Source: Pseudovirgaria hyperparasitica (taxonomy: Eukaryota). From it: a stretch of DNA of 64,000 bases. The first letter of the stretch is position 1. Every line of letters begins with the position of its first letter. The DNA is taken from the NCBI GenBank assembly GCA_010093815.1, contig ML996576.1; one strand, written 5' to 3'. Shown piece by piece: positions 11,883-26,900 of this stretch. Under the pieces are notes generated by a model. It made no database searches and was not told where the DNA came from. It was given only the letters and a program-made list of their open reading frames with translations. Both the position numbers and the translations under genes were made by a program.

Positions 11883-14800
11883 ATAATAATATTAGTAAAC
11901 TAGGTAGAGTACCACTCTATAGGCGCATGCCTCCTCTAGTCTAAGCTACTATATAAGAAGAAACCTATGAATAGGAAAAACTCCCTTATATCCATGACTA
12001 CGCTCTATCTATCCTCTCGTTCTTTATATATATATAGCCCTAGGGGCTACCTATAGGCCTATAGCCTATATTATAATGGTTTACCCTTAGGCAGCACGTA
12101 TAGGTACGGAGATTATTAGTTAAGGGCTACCCTTAACTAATAATCGCGGTTCTCCCGGGGTTCTTCCGACGTATACCGGGGTTCTTCTAGTATATATTAG
12201 GCTTCTTCCGGTATATATACGCGGGTCTACTAGAACTAGGGGAGAGGAAGATATATAAGTATCTATCGGGCGACGTCCTTAGGGTACTTATTAAGCTATC
12301 GCGTGATGTTAGAGGTTCTTATTATATAGACGAGAGCTTATCTTAGAGTATAGAGGCTAGAGCACGTCGTGAGGTAGTGGCGTATTATACCTCTCCGGCC
12401 GTAGTCCTCGCACTAGGGAGATATATCTAGAATGCCTCTCTAGTAGAGGTAATATAGAAGACCTATAGCGCCTATTCGGGCTTAGAGGAGTATGGATACT
12501 TAGGCCTTCGTTAGCCCTTTATATATCTATTTACTCGGTTCCTTCTAAGGCCCTTAGATCTATTCTAGATACCTATTCTATTAGGAGGCCTACTAGGCTT
12601 TAAGTACCTCCCTCTATTTATCCTAGATCTATAACCGTATAACGCGGCTAAGCTCCTTAGGGCTCTATTAGCTCGGAACGGTATCCGGGTTATTTTGAAC
12701 CTCCTACGCGGTCTAGCTCGAGTCCGCCTCTATATAGTATTTATATTATACTCGAGTTTATTCTATAGTAGGGAGGGCCTAGTAATACGCGCGGATACGT
12801 GTGCGTAGTACGGCAAAGGTATATACCCTATCTCCTCTACGTTCTTATACTTATTATTTAGTAAAGTATATAAGTCTCTATATCTAGTAGAAGTCCTATA
12901 TACTTATTACGTTTATCTCGCGTCGGAGGAGCATTATATTAGTAGCTTTATATACGCCGGAGATAAGGCGGAGTATACGGTTTTATATAGACTTAAGCTT
13001 TACCCGCCAAGCTTATATAAGGGCTATATACTAGTACTCATGTCCGTATATAAAGGCTAGGCGTGCTAGGGAGATATATAGCTATCTCGCCTTATCCTAG
13101 GCTATTCCCTACGTAGATACCGTAATCCGGCGTATAGCGGTTTCTATCTAGAGGGCTCTAGAGACGGCGTGTACCACCTATAGTCCCTATTTTAGCTTAT
13201 TATTAATCATAACGCCGAGTGCTTATATACTCTATACTAGTAGTTCTATAAAGGCGTCGATTTAGGGGCGACGTGCCCCCTCTCTAGTAGCCTATCCTCT
13301 ATAGTAGTTAATAAAGTATATAAGCTAGTATTTTTTAGATACGAATTTTACTCCGTAGCGCTTTACCTACTAGACGTATTTCTCGTGGTCTCGTTCGAGT
13401 CGTGTACATGTTCTACTAGTACTACTATCGACCGTAAGGAGGTATGTATCGTCCGTATATCCGACTACCTCTATATATTTTATTCCCTAAAGGAGGTCTA
13501 CTATAAAGAAGAGGAAGAGAATCGGGGAGATGGTGCTCCCTTACGGGATGCCGCATGCCGTCTCCTTATATTCGCTTCGGTATCCGGGGATATATATTTA
13601 AGTAGTCCTTTACGCGAGAAAGGACTATATAAATCGTATAATCTACTTAGGTATTCGCCTTATCCGGAGGTTATAGATAAGTCTTATATGGTTTACCTTA
13701 TTAAACGCCTCTACTATATCTAGGGAGAGTAGCGTAACGACTCGTCCTTATTTCTATATAGTCTAGATAACCTCGAGGATGTGTTAAATAGCTATAATTA
13801 GGGAGCTTCCTACCTTCGCCTTCTGGTTTACTAGGAGAAGGCCGTGTACCTATACTACTATACTTATCTTCTTAGTAATCGTGGCTTCTAGTACCTTACT
13901 AAGATAGGAGAGGAGGGCGATCGGCCTCTATCCCTTCGGCGTGTTTAGGCTCTTCCCTAGTTTTAGGAGTATAACTATATATATAGTTTAGAAGCTCTAT
14001 AGGTAGTATCCTATACGGGCGCACGCTCGGAATATATGGCCTATAATCGGTAAGGTTGCCTATATAGTTCTCTTAAGGCATCGATTCGGAATTCTATCTA
14101 GCCTAGGCGCTTTATCGTTCGGGAGTGTCTTAATAGCGCCGAGTATATTATCATCCGTAATTTCCCTAGGGATACTTACGGCTTCCGGGTATTCCGTGCC
14201 GTTAATATCTAATAGGTCTACGGGTTCTAGGAGAGGGAATATAACCTCTTATAGAATCTCTATTTTCTCGAGGCTCGTGGAGTACGTCTTTTCTTAATAT
14301 ATAAGGGGGGGTATAAGTAGTATAGGTGTCGGGGAGGCGGTGCTTTTGGCCCATTTTACTATATACCATAGTCTAGTAGTGTTACGTGTGTATCTATCCG
14401 TGACTATACACTACTATTTACGTCGCTCGTTATAGAGAACCTTATCTCGTTATCTTCTCGCCTCTCTCCATTCATCCTACGCTTTAGGTATACGGTTATA
14501 GTATACACGTGTGTATAATCTCCGGACTTCTCGCCTATACTCTCGTACTTAAGGTATACTTTTCGGGTCTAGGGGTCTATATATTTAGTACGGCACGTGT
14601 TTATCTCTTACTCCCTAGTATACCTATAGGAGTATATTCACGGCCTGGTCGATGGCCGGGCCATTAGATACGTCGACTATAGACGGGTCTAGGATCGTCG
14701 ATTCTAGGTCCTTTAGATACTTTTCCTAGTTAGTATTCTTCTATAGCTATCGCCCTCGTTAGTCTTAAGGGGTAGATATATCTATTACGGTCTCTATATA

Positions 14801-16796
14801 TTCATGGTTAGAGTCTATCTATATAAGGCTTAGGCGGTAGTATTAAGTCCTATTATAAATATATCTAGTGGCTAGGGTAAGGTCGAGTATAGATCCGCCC
14901 TTATCTTATTTATGTTTTCGCTAGGTAATCTATCCTACTAGTATAAGAAGGTATAGAAAGCCGTGGTATTAGGTGCGTAGTTCTCTAGCTCGAAGCTCTT
15001 CGCGGGTAATAGTTAGTCTACTCTACTAGCTATAATAGAGGTTAAAGTCTCCTAGGAGGATGTGTTATTCTAGCTCGGTAGTGCCCTTAAGTATATTATC
15101 CACCTAAAGTAATCGGTTCTAATTATATATATTATATATATGGAGGGGTCCGATATTCGTCTAGAGGTATAGTATTATCTAGAGATTATCCCGTTTAGTA
15201 TACGACTATAATAAGAGTAGAATAGACTTATAGATATAGAAGAGGACTCTCCTCTCCGGTCCTAGGGGGTATATTATATAATATCCTAGGTGTGTTATTA
15301 GTTTGTTCGTCTGGTAGTGTTTATATAGCTCCTGTATAGTAAGTATTATAGCTCCGGTCTCCTTAAGGAGTATCGCCTAGTTCTTACGTTTATACTATAC
15401 GTTTATCTATATAATTAGGAGTATATCTTAGTCTCTCATTAGGTGCTAGGGAATATATAGGCCTATATATTCGTTCCTCTAAGACGCGACTATCCTTATA
15501 TAGTAGCGGCCTTAGTAATTCCTTAGGGCCGTTCTATTATTAGCTTTCTTAGGACGGTTTACTATTCCTAACCGCTTCCTCGTGAGGAGGTAGTCTATAG
15601 TAGTAGTATTATAGTAAAGAGAGGAACGGTAGTAGGTCGCATCGTTTATAGCTACCTTGCTCCCTTTATCCGGATTAAGTAGATATATTCGGTAACCTAT
15701 TTACGTTTCGCGCACGTAGCCGACCACGATAGGTGCTTACCGTTATAGTTAGAGTACTTCGCCGTGTCCCTATCCCTCTAGCCCTCTTCTCGTGTCCCGT
15801 AGGGGTACTTCTAGGTACTATATTCTTATTAATACTACCTATACCTAGTCTTTTAGGAGTACCGCTATACCGTATACCTATATCCCTAATAGTTAAAGTA
15901 CTATATTATCGCCTATACTCTATCCCATAGTTCCGCTATAAGAAGCTCCCCTTCCGCTAGGAATCCCTCTTATATAATTTAATACACGAGGGCGGGGTCC
16001 TTAAGCTCTACTATTATAGTAGAGTATGCCTTTAATCTAGTTTTAATCCCTTATATATTCTTCTACCATACTCTTACGATCTTAATCCCTAGGTATTTTC
16101 GCTCGTTTAACTATTCTATCCGCGTAATATCCTCTTCTCTAATAACCTATCCGCTTATAGGTATAGAGTATACCTATATCGGGTATGTGGCCGCCCTAAT
16201 AGAGGCGCCTAGAAAGATACTACTAATCGCGTTCGGATCGCGCGAGATAGTCTACTACGCGATATTCGTTATTATAGTAAGTACTACTCCTCCTAGCGTA
16301 AGTTTAGTAGTAATAACGTTTAACTATATTCCCTTTTATTTATTAATCTTACTTACTATATCCTTTAGGGATGCTTACTAGACCTATACTAGGGTATCCT
16401 TATTCTAGATTACGACGTGTATACTATACGCCATGTCGCTAGTCCGGGGAGCCCGTAGTATAGCCTCTAGTATTACTACTATTTATGCCTATATACTAGG
16501 GCGCTTACCTTAAGTAAGTTCCTCCTAGATTCTACGTAGGCTAGCCTCTATTTAGTCGAGCCTACCCTCCGGTCCTCCTAGTTATATCTTCTTCTCCTCC
16601 TCCGTAATTCCCTTTAGATTCTAGATAAGGTTCTAGAATATATATAGGAGGGTCTTCTAGCCCTCTCCGGCTTCCTTCTCTATACGTGCTACCTAGTAGT
16701 TAATATAATCTAGGAGGGTTTCCCCTCTCGGGGTCCCCTTTATTCCGTCTATCTATAGTGGTATACGCCTTTAGGTGTGTTCTACGTTTTAGATAG
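11883..16796 (-). mobile_element. Tad1-like LINE, main segment (ORF2 and most of ORF1), RIP-inactivated
   Basis: Endonuclease LLGDFNLH (~15035-15058) and SDH (~14805); RT KAPGPDGIPN (~14085-14113) and GYADD (~13450); C-terminal CxxC..H..C (~12363-12412); short trinucleotide-repeat tail at ~11883; 19-bp TSD ttcggttagaactataata at 11864-11882 and 28610-28628. Confidence 0.92.
12110..15439 (-). pseudogene. LINE ORF2 (AP endonuclease + RT + CCHC)
   Basis: ATG at 15439 overlaps the ORF1 stop (ATGA); begins MRDQDILLIVQINV after de-RIP; motifs as above; 3' end uncertain. Confidence 0.8.
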
Positions 16797-17168
16797 TGTG
16801 ATAAGCTATCGCCACGTATGTCCCTTTTTATAAATGGCTATATTCTTAGTATAGTAGTCGCGACGAACTTATAAGTATCTCTCCTAGGTATTATGAGTTC
16901 TCTTTGAACGCACGACTTCTTATTAGTTCTCTTTTACGATAGGACGGGTCTATATAATACTCTTAATTAATTTATTAATAGCTAAGCCTAATAATTAATA
17001 CCCATAGAGGCCCATGAACGTAAGGAAAGGTCGAATTATCGAATATTAGTGATGGGGGAAGCGTATGGAGTAGAATGACCGAGGAAAACGCCCTCCTTAA
17101 ATATATAATAAGCCATATAATCGAGCTAGGGATATATATATATAGGGCTGTAGGAACGGCCTTCTATA
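16797..17168 (-). repeat. 3' LTR of Gypsy A copy 2
   Basis: Direct repeat of 27840-28211, adjacent to the PPT. Confidence 0.93.
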
Positions 17169-17372
17169 TATACCTCCCCGGCCTATAGAACTACTACCCT
17201 TAGTAGTATAGTAACCGTATAAGAAACCGTGTGAAGAACGCCTAAAAGAAAGACCTTAATATAAATAAAATACGCCCCTAGTAAACCCCTCGGCGCGGGT
17301 AAACCTTAGCCCGGATTATTAGTTAAGGGTAGCCCTTAACTAATAATTAGGCAGGTTTTTAGGCGCCTAATC

Positions 17373-20300
17373 TTAGTACTCGAGGTCACGAGCCAGCTTC
17401 TAAAGAATCGTATCACTTATCTTAGAGAGGTTAGATTCCTCCTTATCGGATAGTTCGTTAGGCCTCTCCTATCTATAGAAGTTCTCTTTAACGTTATCTA
17501 GGCCCGCGTCGGGCTCGAATTTCTTAAAATTAATTAGCCGCTTAGCGGCGCGCGCCTCGTTAAATTCCTTCTAGAACGACCTATCCCTATAGACTAGCCT
17601 TTCCTACCTTACTATTTTCTTAAAGGTCTCTACGAATACCCTCGAGCCCTCCTTAAACCAGGCGTCTACCTTAGCTTTAAGTTATTAAGGACTTGCGTTA
17701 AGCCACGTAGCTACCTCTTCTTTTACCTTCTAGCTATTCTATCTTTTACGGCCGACTAATACGTTACTAATAGCGTTAAAACTCGGGAGTTAAACTACGG
17801 CTAGGAAGGTAAAAGGAATCGCGCTATATTTATTAGAAAATCCCGACGGAGACGTAGGTCCTAGAGTTAAATTCCTGTGAGCTGCTCCGAGTTATTCCTA
17901 TATACCTATTTTAGGTACTTCTATTATTATATGATTAGGGCTAATCGCGATATACCATAGAAGTATTATACGTCTTCCACCCTTTACGGGACCCTAGGCG
18001 CCGTATATTATTAGTGGGCTAGAGATATATACTTTAAGGGACTAGTAGGGGACCGGGACGAAGGGACTAAATCGTTTCCTATCGTCCGTATTATAGATCT
18101 TATCGTTAATAGCCGTAATTATACCATTTCGATTAACCCCCTCGCGGAGCTTAGCCTTCAACTACCATTCATTTAAGAACTTATAGGAGCGGGGAACGAT
18201 TATAGTATAGTCGTCACTTCGTTCGTCGTCGAGACTAATACTCCCCTAGATTATATTAAACCTATATCTATTACTAGAATCGAGGATTCGATTAATGGCG
18301 TTATCGAGATACTTAAAACCCGTCTTATCGCCCCTATCCTAGAACTTCGCATAGTACGGGTACGAGATTAGATAGTAGTTAAGATCAGGCCGAAGAGCGA
18401 TATAGGTAAGCTAGTAAAGTAGGCATTACCTAATAAACTATTAGATATAGGAGTGGTATATAGTTCGTAGCCAGCCGTAGTTCGATTTCTTATTAAACAT
18501 ACGCTAGTGGTACTTATATATATTAAATTCATCCCTTATAAGTTCTAGGATACTCTTATTAAGTATAGAGGTCGTCTTTTTAAGTGGCTCGAAGAGCCCT
18601 TTAATATTAATACTTCCGGTACGTTCCTACTCGTCGAAGAGTTATCTACCTATTCTACCGTCCTCCTTCTAAATTATAAATACGATACTAGTAAGGATAG
18701 TTTTAATATTAATAACTTGCTTCGGGGTCTCTAGGGCCTAGTAATGATAGATATCTAATGCCTCTATCGGATAAGGTGGCCGCGCGTACTTCGTGAACTA
18801 GGTATAGCGGTCCTTATAAACTTTAAGGGCCCCTACGTTATCTCTAAACTTATATACTATTTTAAGTCTCGCTACTAGGTTTAAGTGGAACACGCTAACG
18901 AGTATATTATTCTTTCTAGCCACGTCTTGGTAATGCTTATAGTAGACTTTATACGGAATAGCCATATTACCTATCTACGCTTTCTAGCGCACTAGTAGGG
19001 CCATTCCCTTAATGCTCGTGAAATTCTTCTTTAATAATGTAGCTACCTTAAAAGTCTTCGTCACTAAAGGCGCGTATCAATACTTCTTAGGCTCGTCCTC
19101 TTCCTTGACTAATACTATCGTCTTAGGGTACGAACTAAGAATAACCAGGGATTGCCGTATAGGCGCCCCTAGTAATTACTAAGGGCCGGTAGATAAGGTA
19201 CGCCCATAAGTGGGTTTTATCGGCATAGCCGTAATAGGTACTAAAGACGTTCTTATATGGCCCGGTAAGGGACGTTTACTAGTAGTAGTAGGAGGAATAC
19301 TTACTTCGAACGGACGACTAGCTTCGAAGAGACGACATACTACTAAACTAGGAGATATACTTCGTAGAGGGGACTTTACCGTAGGCGTTACCTACGCTAG
19401 TTTTAGCGACGGTAAGGTCTAAGGCGGAGGCGATGCACTTATCTCTTTGATTTATAGGTAGTATTCGACGGGCCTATAAACTATTCTACTTATCCATAAC
19501 TATTAACTAGCGGGGATAATAAGTCCCGTCTTATTATAGAACGTTAGTTTATTTTATTAGCTAGGGTAGTTCGAGAGTTACTAGAGAGATAGGCCGTCCT
19601 CGTTACTATCGCTAGCTAGAGCGGCATCGATATTAGAGCTCTAAAGATATGCCTTAATTTCTCTTCTCTTCTATCCCTGGCCGATTCGGGACTATAGGGA
19701 TACGTTTAACTAGTTCCTTGCTCTCGCCCATGTTCGCACTCGTGAGAGCGCTACTAGCTTTTCTATAAAGTTCTATGTTTACTAGAGCTATCCGAGGGCG
19801 GATTAGAGTAACTAGCTATTATTATTAGGGAGGTCTTTTCGCTAGTTTTATAGGATTACATTTTAAGCTTTTAGGATGCGGGAGTTAGTGTCTCTTCCAC
19901 GACGAATTATCTCGTGGACTTCTTTCGGAATAGAGGAGTTAATCTTTGCCTTACTATACCCTATTACGGCTCCTGCTTCCTAGAAGAGGTCGACTATACT
20001 ACTTAAGAGCTATTCTACGAGGCTGGTAATGTAAAGGAGATTATTAAACGTATCTAGAATGTAGTCCTATCGCTCTTACGGGTCCTAGATAGCGATAATT
20101 TAGTTGATGGTAGACTTATTTATTTCCGTAGCTTCTATAGCCTATCCGTATAGAGTAGTAGATGGCCTTAATACCACGATAGTCGTCGATGGCCCTACTT
20201 TAGCACTTATGACTCTTAACTAGGACCGCGTCTATCTTATTAGTACTTAATAATCTTATAACTCTTTATAGGTAGGCGTTTTCTTCTTCAGCGGGGCTAT
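17373..20300 (-). pseudogene. Gypsy A extra ORF with 2OG-Fe(II) dioxygenase domain, copy 2
   Basis: Reverse complement of 4435-7362; independently retains codons such as tac ccg tac tat (YPYY) and tac ggc gcc ((H)GA). Confidence 0.75.
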
Positions 20301-20955
20301 TATTATTATTAGTTCTATTGGTAAGTTATATTCTAAGGAGAGGTAGTTTAAGCGAGGCGGAAGTAGAGGAGGAGGTTTTATTAATTAAGGAGGTATAGAG
20401 AGGTATAAGAGGGAAGAGTTATATACTATCTTAAGTTCTCTTTTTATGCCTCCTCGAATGCCGGGTATATAGTGATTTTTATAAATAATCCTTACTAACG
20501 GCCGTAGGCCCGTATACGTGTCGAATCTATAAATAAATATATACTAGGTATATAGGAAATCTATGAATAAATATGTCTACTAGGTATATAGCGGAATCTA
20601 TGAATAAATAGATACCGGGTATATTCTTATCCCCATAAGACTTCCTATAAGTATCTTTTTCTCTTATACCTCCTCCTTCTTTTCTTCCTTATTAGTTCCT
20701 AACGGGGCCCGTTCTATAGTAACGAAATAGGCCTTTAATGGGTAGGCTTCGATTACACGACCGGTTTCAATGTGTAGTAGGTAGAATTTCGCGTAAACGC
20801 CATTATGTCTTCTTTCGAGCATTACTTACTTTAATAATAGGTTTTATTATTTTATAGTAATGATAGGGTTTATCATCCTCTTTCGATGATAGAGTTCATC
20901 GTTATAAGACTACTTTTATAAGCATCCCTTCCCTTCTTAAAAAAACTTCTATCCC

Positions 20956-23900
20956 CTAGAAGGAGATATCGATTCTAGGGAAACGTAAATATTCCTCTCT
21001 ATTAAAGTCTTACGGAGTAGGAATTACTACTTCTACCCGGGTTCGTGTGGCGTCGTCGAGGTATTCCGTAAGTTATTTATAATAGTTTTCCTTATTGCTA
21101 CTCTCCTTATTTTCCTTAGTAATTCTTCTAATTAGTGGTCGTAAGGGCTCGTCGTGACTCTTATTACTCGTATTTCTTATAAAATATTTCTTTAACCTAT
21201 GGCTAGGAAACGTCTCTCTAAGTATGGCTCTATTAAGCTCCGTAAGCTTATAAGTATAATTAAACACGGACTAGATTCTATATGGCCCCCTCTAATGCTA
21301 CCTTAGCTTTCGCCCTATATCCTTCTATTACTACGAGTCGTATAGGAGGATAATCGTGTCGACTAGTAACGACTCTTAACGAAGGTAATAGTCGTTATTC
21401 TATACCTCTCTTAATTCCTTACGCGTTCGTATCGCGTGGGTATAGGCCTCCTTAAGATCCTCGGATCTTCTCTTAAGTTATCTAGCTCGAAGAGCGAGTA
21501 AGTCGGACGTTAATCATACCTTATTCTAAGGGAGTATTTAGAGCGACTCGAATTCGACTTCGATAGATATGATTAGTTTATGGCTAAGTATAAGGTATAC
21601 GGTACTATACCCTATACTAGTACGTATCGTTATTCTATCTACCTAGATAACCGCATGGAGGTGGTCGGGCCAGTTCTTAAATCCGCTATTAGTTATCTTC
21701 GCGAGAGCATTAGCGAGTAGTATAAAACTTCTCTCGATAATCCTATTTACTCGGGGATTATACATAGACGTAACCTTCTAATAAATTCTATAGAGTCGGA
21801 GGAGCTCCTCTATAGCACCTATATTTTCTCTACTACTATTATAGGTGATTTTAGGAATAATTCCGTATCTATAGATCACGTTCTTAAAGAGGAACTTTAC
21901 GACGACTATGGACGTGGCCGCTATACATGCCTCCGCCTTAGTCTATCCGCTTAGCTATTCTCGTATAGATACTACTTTACTATACCCTATAGAAGGTGGT
22001 AGTGTCGTTACGTCTAAGTGCATTCTTTGCTAAAGAATAGGCGTTATGACGTAGTGGAGCCCTTTATTAAGACCTCTAAGGAGCTTACTTCGTTATTAAT
22101 ATTCGTTATAGGTTTTCACGTGCTATCGCACGTCTCTACGTATACCTACCTACTAATACTTATCCTTAATCCTTCCGAGGGTCCCTTCGCTACCTCTATA
22201 ATCTATCTTATTATAAGTGGTAGTAATTATACGCGCCCTAGTATTCGGATCCTTAATTACTCGTGTATATTAGCGATATCTATCTCCTCTCCGCTAGAGT
22301 ATTCGGTTACACACGAGGAACTTTAGGCAGTCGGTTATAAAGGCCTTATACGCTCGGTTGGTTAGGTTGGTTAGCCTCTTAAGTATAGTAAGATACTTCG
22401 TAATCCTCTACTATTTATCGCTATATTTATCTATTAAGGGAGACTTAATAGCGGTATAGTCGAGTATCCCTATTATGTAATCTCTCCCGCTAATAGGCTT
22501 AATTAACAATATCTCTAGCACGTCTATATATAGAGCTATATCCACGAACTCGTCTAGGTTAAAGGTAGGGACGTCTGGTGGTTCTTCTCCTTCGTGCATC
22601 CGTGAGATACCATCGGCGACTACGTTACGCTTCCTAGGTATATACCTAACTATAAAGTTCTATAGCTAAATCCACGCGAGCCACCTAGTAACGAGCGCCC
22701 CTAGTAAGTTAGTTATAGTACAGTTAATTTAAGCGACTAGAGTATTCGCGTCTATTTCTATAATAAAGTATATACTATAGAGGTATTACTAGAACTTCTA
22801 TAACGCGTGGAGGAGGGCTCGGTACTCTAGTTTCACGGTATCGTAGTTTCTCTTAGCTTTTAACTATATTCCTCTATTATACTACGATAGCTAACGTTTA
22901 TAATTCTCGTTCTCCTATATTAACGTAGCCCCCTACCTAACATTACTAGAGTCTACTACTAGGATTATATCTCCTATACCTGTCCCGTACCGTAACGTTA
23001 TTAGTGCGGGAGTAGTAGTTAGAGCTATCTTTAGCGCGTCCATCAAGGTCTACTTCTTAGCTATCTACTACTAGGCCGATTTATTCTTTAATAGTATAAA
23101 TAGTAGTAATACGATAATAGCGTACCCGGGGATCTATATCCGGAAATATATATAAACGCTAAGGAAGGCTCGCATATTCGTCGTGTTTTTATAGGGTTTC
23201 TAGTCCCTAATAGTAGTAACCTTTTTATTACTCGGTCGCCTCCCTTTAATACCGTAGACGTATCCCATAACGTTAGCGGCTTTAATATACTACTAAGTCT
23301 TCTTACTACTTAGGGCGTATCTAGCGCGCTCTATATCCGCGAGAATCTTATCCACGTTAATTAAATGTTCTAGGATATACCTATAAATTCTAGGTAGGGC
23401 CTCCTTAGAGTTATATTTCGTCGTAGGTCCTTTGATGCCTAAGTTATCTAGGAATAGTAGAGCCCTCTCTAGGATATGTTCTTATATAATAGTTAATATA
23501 ATTCTAACGAACTAAGCTACTAAATTAGTGGCCCCTTAAGGTAATATTATCCCGTATAGTAATCCTAGGGGCGTTATAAACCCCGTTAAGTCTCGGTAAT
23601 GCTCTACTAATGGAATCTAATTATATCCTAAGAAGAAGTCGGTAAACGTTAAGACGGCTATCCCTATAAAGTGCTCCGAGAATTCTTTATATAAGGGCGG
23701 CGTGGCCGCATCACGAATAGTAACTCGGTTGATTTCTATCGCCGAATTGATTAACCTATAATCTCGTTCCTTATTAGCTTCCTTCTTCTTTTCCACGAGA
23801 AAATAGACGTTTTAATAAGGACTACTATAGGGCTCGAGCCTTCTACTATTAAGACGCTCTTTTAGGATCGTGAGTACCTTTCTATAAAGGGCTCTAGAAA

Positions 23901-26900
23901 TATTAAAGTTCTTAGCCTACTATATCTTATATTCTACCGTTCGGATCTCCTACGGAGGTACCACCTCTTCATTAAATTTACTAAGGTATAAGAATTCCTA
24001 TACTAGTGCTTCCTCGCGATATAATAAGATTATATATAGTAACTTAAGTTCCGCGGGACGTAGCTCTATTCTAATCTTTAGCTAACTTATATATAGAGGT
24101 GTTAGACGTGTTTCTAGCGGGATAGTTACCCTTTAAGGCTCTATTAGCCTATTAAACGCGTTAAGGCCTAGGTAGACGGCTAGAAGAAGTACCTACCGTG
24201 CGATTACTCGTTCACGCTAGTCTAGATACCCTAATAGATTCCTAGGGACCTTTTAGTAGGCTTCGGAGTCATCCACGGGGTGTACTTTAACTCCCTTTCT
24301 TTTATATATAGTAGCTATACTAAATCCCTTTAATACCCCGGATGAATACCGTCTTTAGAGGCCGGTAGAGCCTACTATAAGCTATTCTATTATCGTGCCT
24401 TATTTATATACGAAGGTAGCGTACCTTACTACCGTAACTAGGGCGGCTAAGTTATCTTTTCTCGATAACTAAGTAATATTTTCAGGCCGGATTTTCTCGG
24501 AAAGCAACTCTATATAACTCATTTCTATATCCGTATAAAAATATATCCTATCCCCTTCGTTAGTGGGTTCACCGGACTCTATTTAGTATGAATTATTAGT
24601 TAAGGGTAGCCCTTAACTAATAATCCGGCTTAACTCCGGCTTCTAGCGATATACTCTACTATATAGTTAGTCTCTAGCCACGGAGTTACCCTCCTTCTCT
24701 AAGACTAGAATATACTCGTCCGGACTGGTTTTAAAGGTTATACGTTCTTATCTATATATAGAGTAGACTATTAAGAGTACTTACCCGGAGGCTAACCTCT
24801 ACACCGTAAGTAAGGCCTACCTAGCATATAGCTCCCCTAGGATAAGATTATAATTGAGTTCGCTATATACGAATATCGAAGTAGCCGTAATAATTTAACC
24901 TATATAGATAGGGTATTACTATACTATTCCTACGAATGGAGTGCTATACTAAGTAGCGCTAACTAAACTTAAGTTCTTTATATATAGTAGAAGCGAAGAT
25001 ATTACTAGCCTAAGACGCCTCGTAGTATCTAGTCGAATACTATTTACCTGCACGCCACTATCGAATAGTACTATACTAGTCGCCCTTTTAGGACTAACTT
25101 CCACGGGGTACCTCGGACACTCGGCTACTAGCCTTACTATCTCTTCCTTAAGCTAATTAATATCTTATTACGTAATAGCCGTCCCCGTGGTATAGAGGGG
25201 TGCTAATATATTAAGTTTATTTATCTTAGGAGCTATGGTATAGTCGTTTCTTTCTTTCTTCTCGGCTCTCTTCTCTTAAGCCTCGCGGACCTCTCTAGCT
25301 ATAAAGTCGGGGGCGCCCTTCTTGAACACCGCACGACGTAAGTTACCATTAAGGCTTAATAGTTCACTAATAGTAATATTCATGGTTGTCCCTAGAACGC
25401 GCACTAGCCATGCTTCGCTAGCTTCTATACTTAGCCGCTATCCCTTATATAGATAGTTATTAAGCTTAACGCCTTGGATACGTACCTTTTAACTAGGATT
25501 TAGGCTATCCCCTTTATCTATCTTATTCTTAGGCGCCGTTAGCTCTTATTTAGACGTTCCCTAGTCACTACTCTTCTCGCCGTCCTCCTATTCCTTAATA
25601 ATCCTTATATACTACCCTTCACGCATTCCGCGGAGATAGACGATCTTTCTTTCCTTAGTATAATTAGGTGTACTCTTCGTAATCCCCCTTCTAGATATTA
25701 TAAGTATAGCGGGCTCTTCTAGGGCTATCTCCTCGCGGATATATCTGTTACTAGCCACGTCGAAGCGTTCATGGAATTCTATATATCTATCTTTCTTACT
25801 CTCGGGCGACGTGACTTCTTCTTCTAAATTACTATCTACTAAGGCCTAGTAGAGACCCTTCGTAGGTTTTGCACTAATACTATATACTAGCACTCCCTAT
25901 GAAGCGTTAATATTTACTATAGACGTAGAAACCTTTACTCCCCCTCCGTACTAGCTTAGGCCATTTTAAACCGTTACTACGTAGTTCCGGATAGCTTATA
26001 GAGTAGCTTATGGCCCTACCGAGAAGGGTAGTAATAGGATTTCTTCTCCGTTCGCCCCGAAACGCCCTCGGAATACTCGTACCCTATTAATATTTAGTAA
26101 TCCATCTCTAATATATTCTACCATCTCCGGACATCTATATATTAGGTAATCTCCTCCGTACGTGATGCATACAATCGGTCTTCGAGGCCTATCCTAGGCT
26201 ATAACGCCTCCTTAGAAGTCTCGGGTAGAGACGTATTCTCTATTCTATATATAATTCTATGGATAAACTTACGTTAGTTCTATAGGCATGCCTCGTACTT
26301 AGGGGTGTATTAAAAGATTTAGCCTTCGCGCCTACTAGTTAATAATAGCCGAAAGTAGCTTAGGTTCGTACTTCTTAAGGGATAAGAATAAGGGATTAGA
26401 GATAAAGTAGGACTTTATCTTAATTAACGTGAGGTCTAGTTTACTAAATCTCTCTACTATCTCGTTAAACTTATCCGATCCTAGCGTAATATATACTTCG
26501 ACTAGAGAGGGGTGGCTAAATTTATTAGTTCTTCTTTCTTTATGTGACTACTCTTCTAAGCTAGTCTTCTTACTCCCTATCTTTGATTTATAGTATATGG
26601 CTATGGCTAGCTCTTATGCGGCTAAGTACTTATTAATACGAGCTAGTTCCTTAAGTACTCTAGCCTTTCGTGATACGAAGTCATAGATAATTACCTAGTC
26701 GTAACTATGTGCTTCTATCGTGAGTTAACATTTCTCTATAGCCCGAGCCTTAAGACTATTAGGTAGCCCTTCTAGGAAGAGCTCTATTCGCGAATACGAG
26801 CTTAGGCTTCCTTTAGCCATAAGTTTCTCCGTAATAACATGATACCGGGAGTAATATATAGGGAGAGAGTAGGATAGGTCTACTTTAACCATTTCCACGT

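Noticed and set aside
2385..22599. Short ORFs listed in the TE block as functional genes
   Set aside because: They are stop-free fragments or antisense shadows of RIP-destroyed retroelement ORFs.
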